A DNA stretch of 64,000 nt, from contig OZ246404.1 of NCBI GenBank assembly GCA_965230955.1, positions 97,184-161,183 of the forward strand. The letters are read 5' to 3'. The notes beneath the pieces were generated by a model. That model was not told the DNA's origin and did not search any database. It saw nothing but the letters and a program-made list of their open reading frames with translations. Made by a program: the position numbers and the translations under genes. Shown here piece by piece: positions 54,066 through 63,044 of this stretch; position 1 is the first letter of the stretch, and each line of letters starts with the position of its first letter. The DNA comes from an uncultured Candidatus Saccharibacteria bacterium. Lineage in GTDB: Bacteria > Patescibacteriota > CALEFQ01.

Positions 54066-55196
54066 ATGGTAAAGAAAGTTTGTTTTAGTCATGCTTCGAC
54101 ATCGAAGCGTAACCGAAGTTGTTTAAATTTGGCGAGTTTTTCTGCGTGGCGGGATCGTCATCCCCGCCTTTTTAATTCGTTACTGGCGGTTTTCGTGGTG
54201 TTGATTGTCGGGGTGACATTGATTTGGCAGCAACCATCAATCGCCAAAAAACTGGCCAGTACCGGACTGGACGATTATTTCAAACAAGACGTGCTTGATT
54301 CCCAAAAAGACGACGCCGATCGCGACGGCTTATCGGATGCCAAGGAAGCGGAGCTGAAAACCGATTCCGCCAAGCCGGATAGCGATGGCGATGGTCTGCT
54401 TGATGGTGAGGAAGTGAATACCTACAAAACAAATCCTTTGGCGGCCGATACCGACGGCGATAAATTTTCCGATGCCACCGAGGTTCTGACCGGGCATGAT
54501 CCCAATCGTGTTTCCTCGGCCACTGATTCTACCGCCAGCTCGAATAAATCTACTGCCAAAGAAGTCAGCTCTGATAATCTCGAATCAATCAGCCAATTAC
54601 TTAACGGCGATAGCGCTTCCAGTGAATTAAATCTGGATGATTTGAATCTGGATAATTTGACTGATGTTTCCAGCGCTTTTGGCACCGGCAATACGGCTGA
54701 AATTGTCGTGGTTGATTCGGATATAAAAATAATCGAAGTCCCGGAAAACGAAGCCAAGGCCAAGCTTGAATCTTACCTGGCTGAAATCGGTGATTTAATG
54801 ATGGAAGTTTTCAGCGATGAATTCAAAGATCCGCAGGCCTCGCAGAAATTTTTGGAGGCTGTTATTTCCAGCGGAAATTTTGAGAAACTTGAACAAACAA
54901 TCAAGAAAGCTCAGCTTTTCAGCGACCGGGTGGTGCAGATAGCCGTCCCCGCGCAGGGCAAGGAATTTCACAAGCTTCTGCTGAAAACGTTTCTCGAGCT
55001 TCAGGCCGTGGCCAAAAGCATGCAGCAAATGCAGAGCGATAATTTGACCAGTTTGGTGGTATTGGATCAGGTCAGCAAGCTTGAAACCGATCTGGCTGAA
55101 TTTCAAGCTGCATTCAATCTGCTTTCGACACGCTACGAATTTGGATATCAACTCGAAACTCCGGTCACTACGGCGACGGATACGAGTAGCGACTAA
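54066..55196 (+). CDS. membrane-anchored protein with Asp-rich Ca-binding-like repeats and coiled coil (first gene of the T4SS-like operon)
   Basis: TM LLAVFVVLIVGVTLIW; DADRDGLSDAKE, DSDGDGLLDGEE and DTDGDKFSDATE repeats. Confidence 0.5.
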   Translation: MVKKVCFSHASTSKRNRSCLNLASFSAWRDRHPRLFNSLLAVFVVLIVGVTLIWQQPSIAKKLASTGLDDYFKQDVLDSQKDDADRDGLSDAKEAELKTDSAKPDSDGDGLLDGEEVNTYKTNPLAADTDGDKFSDATEVLTGHDPNRVSSATDSTASSNKSTAKEVSSDNLESISQLLNGDSASSELNLDDLNLDNLTDVSSAFGTGNTAEIVVVDSDIKIIEVPENEAKAKLESYLAEIGDLMMEVFSDEFKDPQASQKFLEAVISSGNFEKLEQTIKKAQLFSDRVVQIAVPAQGKEFHKLLLKTFLELQAVAKSMQQMQSDNLTSLVVLDQVSKLETDLAEFQAAFNLLSTRYEFGYQLETPVTTATDTSSD

Positions 55197-55207
55197 CTTT
55201 TCTTTTC

Positions 55208-56068
55208 ATGTTAAACGGGTGGAAAAAATTGGGCGGTTTGGTGTTGGTCATCATTATGGTGGCCGGTTTAGGTTTGAGCGCCCGTCCGACCGGCGCGGCG
55301 TGGTCGCAGATTTGGAACGATATCGTCCAGCCGGCACTGCAAGTTTTCGTCCATCAGGAAATTCATGACATTATTCCCGATATCGCCAAGCGTATCGCCA
55401 TGGAGCGCTGGCAGAAATTTGTCATGAAAACGGTCGCCAAAAAGGGCGGCTATATCTGGAATTACGGCGAGTATCTTTACGGCTCCGGCAATAGCGCCGC
55501 CTCAAAATACTGGCGCGCGTTTTTGCAGAATTGCGCCAATATCGATCCGACAATCAGTTTGAATGTTCAGTTTAGCGCGGTTGAACAGGGCGAATATGAT
55601 TGGTGTCCGGTGCGGATAAATGTTCGGGGCGTAAATATTCAGGAAAATATAAACCTGTCTAACAATTTCGGCTGGGAGGACTTCAAAGACGCGGCGGCGA
55701 ACAATAGCTATAAACAGTATCAGCAATTATCGTCGAATGTTGAAAAGGCGCGCCAAGACACCCAGCTGGTCAAATTTATGGAAGCGATTTCCTCTGGGAA
55801 TAAACCGGCGACGGAAGAAGTCGATAATAGCCCCGTCGAAGGGACTACCGGACCGCCCTCGCCGTCCGATATTGCGGAGCGCGAGCGGGTCAAAATTCCG
55901 GTTCAGTCTTTCACGAATATGCTCAGTGCCGCTACCGGCGGGGTAGTCCAAGCGACTGCCAATCAGAAATCAATTGTAGCCTCGGCGCTTACTTATATGG
56001 TTCTGAATCAGGTGACCGACTGGACGCTGGACAAATTCGGCGGTGAGTACGGCGATTACTTTCAATAG
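55208..56068 (+). CDS. hypothetical secreted protein
   Basis: Signal peptide LVLVIIMVAGLGLSARPTGAAW. Confidence 0.5.
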   Translation: MLNGWKKLGGLVLVIIMVAGLGLSARPTGAAWSQIWNDIVQPALQVFVHQEIHDIIPDIAKRIAMERWQKFVMKTVAKKGGYIWNYGEYLYGSGNSAASKYWRAFLQNCANIDPTISLNVQFSAVEQGEYDWCPVRINVRGVNIQENINLSNNFGWEDFKDAAANNSYKQYQQLSSNVEKARQDTQLVKFMEAISSGNKPATEEVDNSPVEGTTGPPSPSDIAERERVKIPVQSFTNMLSAATGGVVQATANQKSIVASALTYMVLNQVTDWTLDKFGGEYGDYFQ

Positions 56069-56107
56069 ATAGGATTCAAAAATAACCCCCATACTCAACG
56101 AAGTTGA

Positions 56108-58324
56108 GTGTGGAGGACGGGTGAAATAAAAATGTCCCCAGCAGGACAAAAATTTTGGAGCACGGTGCTGAAACAGGGAAAATATCTTGCCTGGCTCTTT
56201 GTGTATGATCCGTTGCTGGTTCGGATTTATCGCTGGTTTAAGCGACCCCGTCATCCCCAAACCCGCCGGACGGTTTTTGTTTCCTTGATTACTTTGGGAC
56301 TGGTTTTGTTGGCTATTCCCCACACAGTAGCAGCAAATTGGTTTAGTAACGCGCTGGGTGATGTGGTTATGTTCTTTTATACGGTGGCGGCGGAGATTCT
56401 TTCGTTGGCAGGAATCGCTTTTAACAAAGTCGTGGAAGGCGATCTCTTTAATCAAATTATTTCTTCTCCGGCTGTCGGAATCGGATGGACCGCTACTCGC
56501 GATATTTGTAATTTAGTTTTTGTCTTGATTTTGTTGGGGATCGGTTTCGCGACTATCCTACGAGTGCCGACCTACCATATCAAAAAACTGATTATCCCCT
56601 TCATCGTGGCGCTTTTATTGATCAATTTCAGCAAGCTTATTTGCGGAGTGGTCACGGATTTTTGTCATGTGATCATGGCTTCATTCAACGCGGCTATGCA
56701 AGGCGGAGAATCTGGCAACTATTCCGGAGCTATTGCTAACGCGGTGGGGGTAGGAACATGGCTGCGACCCGGGGCTGATTTTAAGGGAGAACTAAACGAT
56801 GTGGCTAATTTAGCCATAGTGACGATGTTTATGTTTGCGCTGGCTTTTGCATTTTTATTGCTGGCGGCCTTACTGGTTTCGCGGTGGATTACTTTGCTGG
56901 TTTTGACTATTTTTTCCCCGTTGATTTATGCCGCCCAAATTTTACCGACTACCAAGGGGTTTGCCAAAAAATGGTGGCAACAGTTTTTGCAAAATGCTTT
57001 TTACGGCCCGGTGGCGGTGTTTATGGTTTATTTGGCGATTTCGATCGTGATGGGTATGTCTAAGCAACTTGCCGATTCACAGGCCGCCGCAGGAGCGGTT
57101 GATCGAAATAACCTCACCTGGGCGACACTGGTTGCGCTGTTAATCGCCTGTATCTTGCTATATAAGGCCGTGACTTTTTCTAAAAATCTCGGTATCGCCG
57201 GTGCCGGTGCGATAATCAGTACCGGGACGAAGTGGGGCAAGAGTCTGGGCTCGCCGTTGACTGATCGGGTGAGAGCGGCTTGGGGTGCTCGGAAATCTGC
57301 TATACAGTCGGCTCGGAAAGAGTCCGGCGAAAGATGGGGAACCGGTCGTCTGGCTCGGGCAACTATGTTAGATAGTGGCGCCAGAGCAAAATCGCGCGCG
57401 GCCCAGGAATCTCTGCGGGCCAGTCGCGAGAAACAAGCTTCGGAAGCGATGCGTCCGGGTGATAAGGGTGATGAAGAATTGCAGGCTTTACTAAAGGGCG
57501 GATCCAAACAGCAAAAATTGGCGGCGGGTAATGAGTTGGCCAAGAGGGGTAAATTGGATCGAGCCAGTTATGATAGTCTTAAAAACATGGGCGGCATCAG
57601 CGCAGTTGGCTTGGCCGGTCTCAAAGACACAATGAGTAGTACTGACCCCATGGCTGAAATCGATCGTAATAAGTTGAGAAATGGCGATGTGGCAGAAAAA
57701 GAAAAACTCGATAGTTTAATGAAAAGAGCCGACTTGAAAAAACTGAGCACTGAAGCGTTGACTAATACTTCGGGAAATAATGACGGCAATGTGGAATTAC
57801 TAAACTCGATTGCTCGGGTGAGAGGAAAGGATTCGTTAACAGACATTCACAAGAATATGACCAGTGAGGCTGACAAAAGGGCATTCGGTGATACATTGAA
57901 GGGAATCTCGGCCAAAGGATTGGCTGCTGGTGGAAATAGATCGGAATTTATGAATATTGCGGGAGCTTCGTTGGCAATTAATAAGGAATTAGCGTTAGAT
58001 AGCAGCGGCAATTTGAAGCTTTCAGGATCTGAATTAGCCGAGTTGGCTCAGAAGGCAGACAGTAAAGATTTGAGTATCGCCTTGACCCGACCTGGGGCAA
58101 TGCCGGCTCTGAATAATTCCCAAAATTATGCTATGTCGAAGGTTTTGTCGCCTGGTAAATTAAAGAACATGCAGGATCATATGGGAAGTGGTTTTGATGA
58201 TTTTATGAGAATTCAGCGAGCGGCCAGTTCTGGCGCATTCTCCAATGGAAATATCACACCTTCTGATGCTGCTCGGTTGTCTTCGATTAATAGTGATCCG
58301 ATATTGAGAAGTTACGGATTATAA
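56108..58324 (+). CDS. large polytopic membrane protein, VirB6/TrbL-like candidate, with long hydrophilic C-terminal domain
   Basis: Eight or more TM helices in the first ~330 aa, then a soluble Lys/Ala/Ser-rich domain; the assignment rests on topology and context, not on a sequence motif. Confidence 0.45.
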   Translation: MWRTGEIKMSPAGQKFWSTVLKQGKYLAWLFVYDPLLVRIYRWFKRPRHPQTRRTVFVSLITLGLVLLAIPHTVAANWFSNALGDVVMFFYTVAAEILSLAGIAFNKVVEGDLFNQIISSPAVGIGWTATRDICNLVFVLILLGIGFATILRVPTYHIKKLIIPFIVALLLINFSKLICGVVTDFCHVIMASFNAAMQGGESGNYSGAIANAVGVGTWLRPGADFKGELNDVANLAIVTMFMFALAFAFLLLAALLVSRWITLLVLTIFSPLIYAAQILPTTKGFAKKWWQQFLQNAFYGPVAVFMVYLAISIVMGMSKQLADSQAAAGAVDRNNLTWATLVALLIACILLYKAVTFSKNLGIAGAGAIISTGTKWGKSLGSPLTDRVRAAWGARKSAIQSARKESGERWGTGRLARATMLDSGARAKSRAAQESLRASREKQASEAMRPGDKGDEELQALLKGGSKQQKLAAGNELAKRGKLDRASYDSLKNMGGISAVGLAGLKDTMSSTDPMAEIDRNKLRNGDVAEKEKLDSLMKRADLKKLSTEALTNTSGNNDGNVELLNSIARVRGKDSLTDIHKNMTSEADKRAFGDTLKGISAKGLAAGGNRSEFMNIAGASLAINKELALDSSGNLKLSGSELAELAQKADSKDLSIALTRPGAMPALNNSQNYAMSKVLSPGKLKNMQDHMGSGFDDFMRIQRAASSGAFSNGNITPSDAARLSSINSDPILRSYGL

Positions 58325-58327
58325 TTT

Positions 58328-59206
58328 TTGGCTATGATGGATATTCTACAATTTCTAACAATCTGCCCTCCAGAAATAAAAGCATTTTTGTTTTCTGACA
58401 AAGTTAGCCAATCCATAGTGTCTTGGGTTGAAAAATATCGTTTTAATGAAAATGAACGTGATCAATTGGTGGATTTGGCGCGCGATGTTTTGGTGGGATT
58501 GACTGCTGTTGATAATTTGCCGGGTAGATTCAAGGCCATTTGTATTCGGCATCCTGATAGTAGAGCTCCATTAGAAGCTGAATTCAAGGAGAAATTGATT
58601 GATCCTAACTTATCTTATTTAAATAAGACCGAAGCAGATGTGCAAAAATTCAAGGCTGATAATGATTTGCCTGAAATAGTTACTTTTGATGTCCCCAAAA
58701 AGCCAGCAGCAGTTCCGGCGAAGCCGGCTGTCATGGCGCAGGTTGTTTCTCACCGTCCGGTCCCAAACACTTCCGACATCCGCCGTCCGGTCAAGCGTAT
58801 TGTCCCGCCCGCCACTCCGGTCAAACCGATTGCTTCTGTACCGGTACCGATGAAAGAAGAAAAACCGAAGCCGGAGCAATTTCAATTACGCACGGTGGAA
58901 GACCTGATAAATGTCCCGGCCATCGCTTTGGCCGGTGAGCCCGATGATGAGAAAAAACTGGTGGGACGTTTCAAGCAAGAGATTCAGGATATCGCTAATT
59001 ATTCCGGAGCGACCAGGGCGGACATTACTGCCGGATGGAAAAAGAGCCAGATCTACCATACATATATAGAGATGGGTAATGACAGTATTCAGCAGGGCAA
59101 ACCGATAGGCGATGTCACTGCCTTCCGAAAGACTGCCGGGAAACCGTATCTGACCGAGAATCAGTTTCACGCAGTATCTGAAATTAGTCGGTTGTTATTG
59201 AGATAA
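58328..59206 (+). CDS. hypothetical protein (Pro/Val-rich middle region)
   Basis: 292 aa; no motif. Confidence 0.45.
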   Translation: MAMMDILQFLTICPPEIKAFLFSDKVSQSIVSWVEKYRFNENERDQLVDLARDVLVGLTAVDNLPGRFKAICIRHPDSRAPLEAEFKEKLIDPNLSYLNKTEADVQKFKADNDLPEIVTFDVPKKPAAVPAKPAVMAQVVSHRPVPNTSDIRRPVKRIVPPATPVKPIASVPVPMKEEKPKPEQFQLRTVEDLINVPAIALAGEPDDEKKLVGRFKQEIQDIANYSGATRADITAGWKKSQIYHTYIEMGNDSIQQGKPIGDVTAFRKTAGKPYLTENQFHAVSEISRLLLR

Positions 59207-59312
59207 AATTTAAAGTCAAAAGCTTAAAATTCAAAAGAGTTTTAAAGCTTAACGATAAAAGTACTTTAAATTTTCACTTTGAATTTCTTTTAAATTTTCA
59301 TTTTTAGAACTT
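59207..59312. repeat. AT-rich imperfect palindrome between T4SS-like genes
   Basis: aaatttaaagtcaaaagcttaaaattcaaaagag ... cactttgaatttcttttaaattttcatttt. Confidence 0.55.
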
Positions 59313-59324
59313 TATATTTTACGT

Positions 59325-59846
59325 ATGCAGTATTCCGTGCCACAATTTATCGATGTTCAGGACAAGATTATCGGGCCGATGACAATCACCCAGTTTCTTT
59401 ATATTCTGGCCGGAGCCGGGACTTTGTTTGTTTTTTGGATTATCTCGCCGTCAATTCAGGTATTCCTGATCCCGGCCGTCCCGACACTGGGGCTTTTCGC
59501 CGCTTTGGCTTTCGCCAAAGTGAATGGCCGGCAGTTTTCCTCTTTTTTGAAATCCGCGATTCATTTCGTCCTGCGCCCGAAAGTGCGTTTATGGCGCCGG
59601 GAATTTGAGATCCGGGATGTGCGGACGGATCTCCGCTCGGCCAAAGCGCCCACACCGGCGGAAACGGTGGTCGGGAAACATGTTTCGGACAGCCGGTTGC
59701 GCCATTTATCGATCGTGCTGGATAATGAACACGAAGCGATAGAAGAAATGTCGGAAGCGGAAGTGGCGGAGGAAAAGCGCGACGCGATGGGTATGACAGC
59801 GGAAGAGCGCGAAAAAAAACTCGGTGAATTATTGGGTAAAAAATAA
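59325..59846 (+). CDS. PrgI-family / VirB3-like small membrane protein
   Basis: QFIDVQDKIIGPMTITQFLYILAG followed by two TM helices, as in the Gram-positive PrgI family (from memory). Confidence 0.5.
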   Translation: MQYSVPQFIDVQDKIIGPMTITQFLYILAGAGTLFVFWIISPSIQVFLIPAVPTLGLFAALAFAKVNGRQFSSFLKSAIHFVLRPKVRLWRREFEIRDVRTDLRSAKAPTPAETVVGKHVSDSRLRHLSIVLDNEHEAIEEMSEAEVAEEKRDAMGMTAEEREKKLGELLGKK

Positions 59847-59879
59847 TTTAATTTCTTTTCTTTTATTTCATCAATCTCT

Positions 59880-60656
59880 ATGGCTAAAAATAATCAGCCG
59901 CCAAAGGAAGACCCGGAACTCCAAAAATCGGTCGAGACGATGCATTCCGAAAAGCTTAATCCGAAAAAAACCGGACAGAGCACCCAGCAATATTTGGACG
60001 TGGAAGAAATTCGCGACGGCGTCATGGTCCTGCGCGACGGGGGAATGCGGGCGCTGGTCATGGTTTCGTCCATGAATTTCGCGCTCAAATCAACGGAAGA
60101 ACAAGAGGCGATAATCTATTCGTACCAGAGCTTTTTGAATTCATTGGAGTTTCCGATTCAAATCGTGGTGCAATCGCGCCAGTTGGATATTGACGCCTAT
60201 CTGGATAAATTGCGCAAAATGGAATCCGAACAGACTTCCGAACTCCTGCGGATTCAGACGGCGGAATATGTCGAATACGTCACGCAACTGGTGGAACTGA
60301 GCCATATCATGAGCAAAAGTTTTTATATCGTCGTGTCTTACTCCCCGGCGGAAGGCAAAAAAGAAAGCTGGCTGGATAAAGTTTTCAATCCGACCAAAGC
60401 GGTCGTTCATAAGGAAACCGATTTCAAACGCTACCGTGATTTACTGATGCAGCGGGTGGACCATATCGCCACCGGTTTACAGGGGGTCGGTTTGCGCATC
60501 GCTTTGCTCGAGACGCAGGAATTGATCGAACTGCTTTATAATACTTATAATCCGGCTACTTTTCAGCAGGAGACTTTGTCCGATGTCAATAAGCTTGATC
60601 TTTCCTCCGGCGATTTTATCCCCGAATCGGAAAAACAAGCCGCGCCGGAAGAATGA
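59880..60656 (+). CDS. hypothetical protein resembling the N-terminal region of VirB4/TrbE-type ATPases
   Basis: YLDVEEIRDGVMVLRDGGMRALVMVSS...SRQLDIDAYL pattern; Pro/Glu-rich C-terminal end; separated from the ATPase gene by an AT-palindrome. Confidence 0.4.
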   Translation: MAKNNQPPKEDPELQKSVETMHSEKLNPKKTGQSTQQYLDVEEIRDGVMVLRDGGMRALVMVSSMNFALKSTEEQEAIIYSYQSFLNSLEFPIQIVVQSRQLDIDAYLDKLRKMESEQTSELLRIQTAEYVEYVTQLVELSHIMSKSFYIVVSYSPAEGKKESWLDKVFNPTKAVVHKETDFKRYRDLLMQRVDHIATGLQGVGLRIALLETQELIELLYNTYNPATFQQETLSDVNKLDLSSGDFIPESEKQAAPEE

Positions 60657-60661
60657 TGAAT

Positions 60662-60745
60662 AAAATACAGAATGCAAAATTCAGAATGCAGCATTATAAG
60701 GATAAAATTTTGCATTTTGAATTCTGAATTTTGAATTTTAAACTT
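60662..60745. repeat. AT-rich palindrome (cagaatgcaaaattcagaatgca ... tgcattttgaattctgaattttg)
   Basis: Read from sequence. Confidence 0.55.
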
Positions 60746-60751
60746 AGTTAT

Positions 60752-62587
60752 ATGGCCAATATTGGACCCAAGAAAATTTCAAAAGAAGATTTAGCTCGGC
60801 GCGAAGCGATTCTCGAGGCGGAGCGCGTTTATCGTAAAGGCTTGGCCACGGTCAAGGATATTATCGCGCCTTCGGCGATGCAGGTGACGCCAAGTTACTT
60901 GCTGATCGGTGATCGGTACGCCCGGACGCTGTTTGTTTCCATTTATCCCCGGTTTTTACAGACCAGCTGGTTTTCTCCCATTGTCAATATGAATCAGACG
61001 ATGGATGTCTCGATGTTTCTTTATGCCGTCGATACTGAAATTCTATTGAAGAAATTGCGCAACAAGGTCGGGCAGATTCAGACTTCCATCATGATGAATG
61101 AAGAAAAAGGCGAAGTCCGTGATCCGGTGCTCGATACCGCTTTTCACGACGTGGAAGACCTGCGCGATAAATTGCAGCAGGGTACGGAAAAACTTTTCCG
61201 GTTCGCTCTCTATGTCACCGTCTATGGCCGGACAAAAAAGGAACTGGATGAATCGACCGAGCAGATTGAATCGGTCTTGAGCACGAAAATGGTGTATTCC
61301 AAACACTGCATGTTGCAAATGGAAGAGGGTTTTGCTTCCACTCTGCCGCTCGGCAACGATGAAATTGATATCGTGACCAATCTCAATACGGCGCCGCTTT
61401 CGACTACTTTCCCCTTTGTCTCGAATGAGCTGACTTCCAACGACGGAATTCTCTACGGCATCAATCGGCACAACAACAGCTTGATTCTTTTCGACCGTTT
61501 CAGTCTTGAGAACGCCAACATGGTTGTTTTCGCCAAATCCGGCGCCGGAAAAAGCTATACGACCAAGCTGGAAATTCTCCGCTCGCTGATGATGGGGACG
61601 GACGTGATCGTGATTGACCCGGAAAATGAATATAAGTATTTGAGCGACGCGGTGGGCGGCAGTTATTTGGATATTTCGCTCAATTCCGATAATCGTATCA
61701 ACCCCTTTGATTTGCCGAAATCTCACGGCGAGGAAAATACCGGCGATATCTTGCGTTCGGCCACAGTGGCCATTATCGGCTTGATGAATTTGATGCTGGG
61801 ACAATTGACGCCCGAGGAAGATTCGATCATGGACACGGCCATCGGGCAGGCCTACGCCAAAAAGGATATCACCGCTCAGTCCGATTTGACTAAAGTCGAA
61901 GTACCGACCATGCAGGATCTGGAAGAAATTTTGCAAAACATGGAAGGCGGCGAAAATTTGGCTCTGCGCCTTCAGAAATATACTCAAGGAACTTTTTCCG
62001 GTGTCTTCAATCAGCCGACCAATATCAATATGGATAATCAGTTTGTCGTCTTCAGTATACGCGATCTGGAAGACGAGATGCGCCCGATCGGCATGTATGT
62101 CATTCTCAATTATATTTGGAATATTGTCCGCGCCAAATTGAAAAAACGCATGCTGGTGGTGGATGAAGCCTGGTGGATGATGCAGTACGAAGACTCGGCC
62201 AAATTTTTGTTCGGCCTGGCCAAGCGCGCCCGCAAATATTATCTGGGCGTCACGACCATCAGCCAAGACGTGGCGGATTTCCTGCATTCCGATTACGGTA
62301 AAGCCATTGTGACCAACTCGTCCATCCAGATACTGCTGAAACAATCGCCGGCTTCGATCGATCTGATCGCCGATACTTTTCACCTGACTGACGGCGAAAA
62401 ATATTTACTGCTGGAAAGCGATGTCGGCGAGGGAATTTTCTTCGCCGGTCTCAAGCATGTAGCAATCAAGGTGGTGGCGTCATATACCGAAGATCAGATT
62501 ATCACCAGTGATCCGAGGCAGCTTCTGGAAATTCAGCAGGCCAAGCAGGAATTCGCGGCTTCGCAAGAAGAAAGCTCGGGGAAGTAA
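60752..62587 (+). CDS. VirB4/TrbE/CagE-family type IV secretion ATPase
   Basis: Walker A VFAKSGAGKSYTT; Walker B-like MLVVDEAWWMM; N-terminal PSYLLIGDRYARTLFVSIYP typical of VirB4 homologues; start at MANIGP (60752). Confidence 0.85.
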   Translation: MANIGPKKISKEDLARREAILEAERVYRKGLATVKDIIAPSAMQVTPSYLLIGDRYARTLFVSIYPRFLQTSWFSPIVNMNQTMDVSMFLYAVDTEILLKKLRNKVGQIQTSIMMNEEKGEVRDPVLDTAFHDVEDLRDKLQQGTEKLFRFALYVTVYGRTKKELDESTEQIESVLSTKMVYSKHCMLQMEEGFASTLPLGNDEIDIVTNLNTAPLSTTFPFVSNELTSNDGILYGINRHNNSLILFDRFSLENANMVVFAKSGAGKSYTTKLEILRSLMMGTDVIVIDPENEYKYLSDAVGGSYLDISLNSDNRINPFDLPKSHGEENTGDILRSATVAIIGLMNLMLGQLTPEEDSIMDTAIGQAYAKKDITAQSDLTKVEVPTMQDLEEILQNMEGGENLALRLQKYTQGTFSGVFNQPTNINMDNQFVVFSIRDLEDEMRPIGMYVILNYIWNIVRAKLKKRMLVVDEAWWMMQYEDSAKFLFGLAKRARKYYLGVTTISQDVADFLHSDYGKAIVTNSSIQILLKQSPASIDLIADTFHLTDGEKYLLLESDVGEGIFFAGLKHVAIKVVASYTEDQIITSDPRQLLEIQQAKQEFAASQEESSGK

Positions 62588-62606
62588 TAATATTATTTGA
62601 CCGCTT

Positions 62607-63029
62607 ATGGCCGAAGTCGAAGAACAATCCTCCGCCCAAAATGAACGCCGGATGGCGCAGAATTTGGCTGCCCAACGAAATAAATCCGATCCGGGTTTGC
62701 TGGAGCAAGCTTCGCCATCATTTCAAGCGGCCAGTCAGGTGGGTGGTGCGATCGGTCTGGGGGGAGCCGGTAAATCGGATGAGGAATACGGATTACTTGA
62801 TGCGATTTGGGAAGTGCTGGTGGTCTCCGTTTTAATCTGGTGGGGAGAAGGCTTGGCGACGCTTTCCGCTTGGTTGATGGAAGGACTGACTCCGAAAAAC
62901 ATCAAGCGTTTGATAGTCGTGGCCATGATGATAGCGCTAACGGTGGGGATGTTAATGCTGATTATCAGTGTGATTTCCGATCTGCCTTGGTCGATAGTTA
63001 ACTATATTACTTTAGGTGTTTTTCAATAA
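62607..63029 (+). CDS. small membrane protein (2 TM)
   Basis: WEVLVVSVLIWW and LIVVAMMIALTVGMLMLIISVI. Confidence 0.45.
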   Translation: MAEVEEQSSAQNERRMAQNLAAQRNKSDPGLLEQASPSFQAASQVGGAIGLGGAGKSDEEYGLLDAIWEVLVVSVLIWWGEGLATLSAWLMEGLTPKNIKRLIVVAMMIALTVGMLMLIISVISDLPWSIVNYITLGVFQ

Positions 63030-63044
63030 GAGTATTGCTGAATT

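Noticed and set aside
61043-62383. 446 aa minus-strand ORF
   Set aside because: Antisense to the VirB4-like ATPase gene, which carries Walker motifs; spurious.
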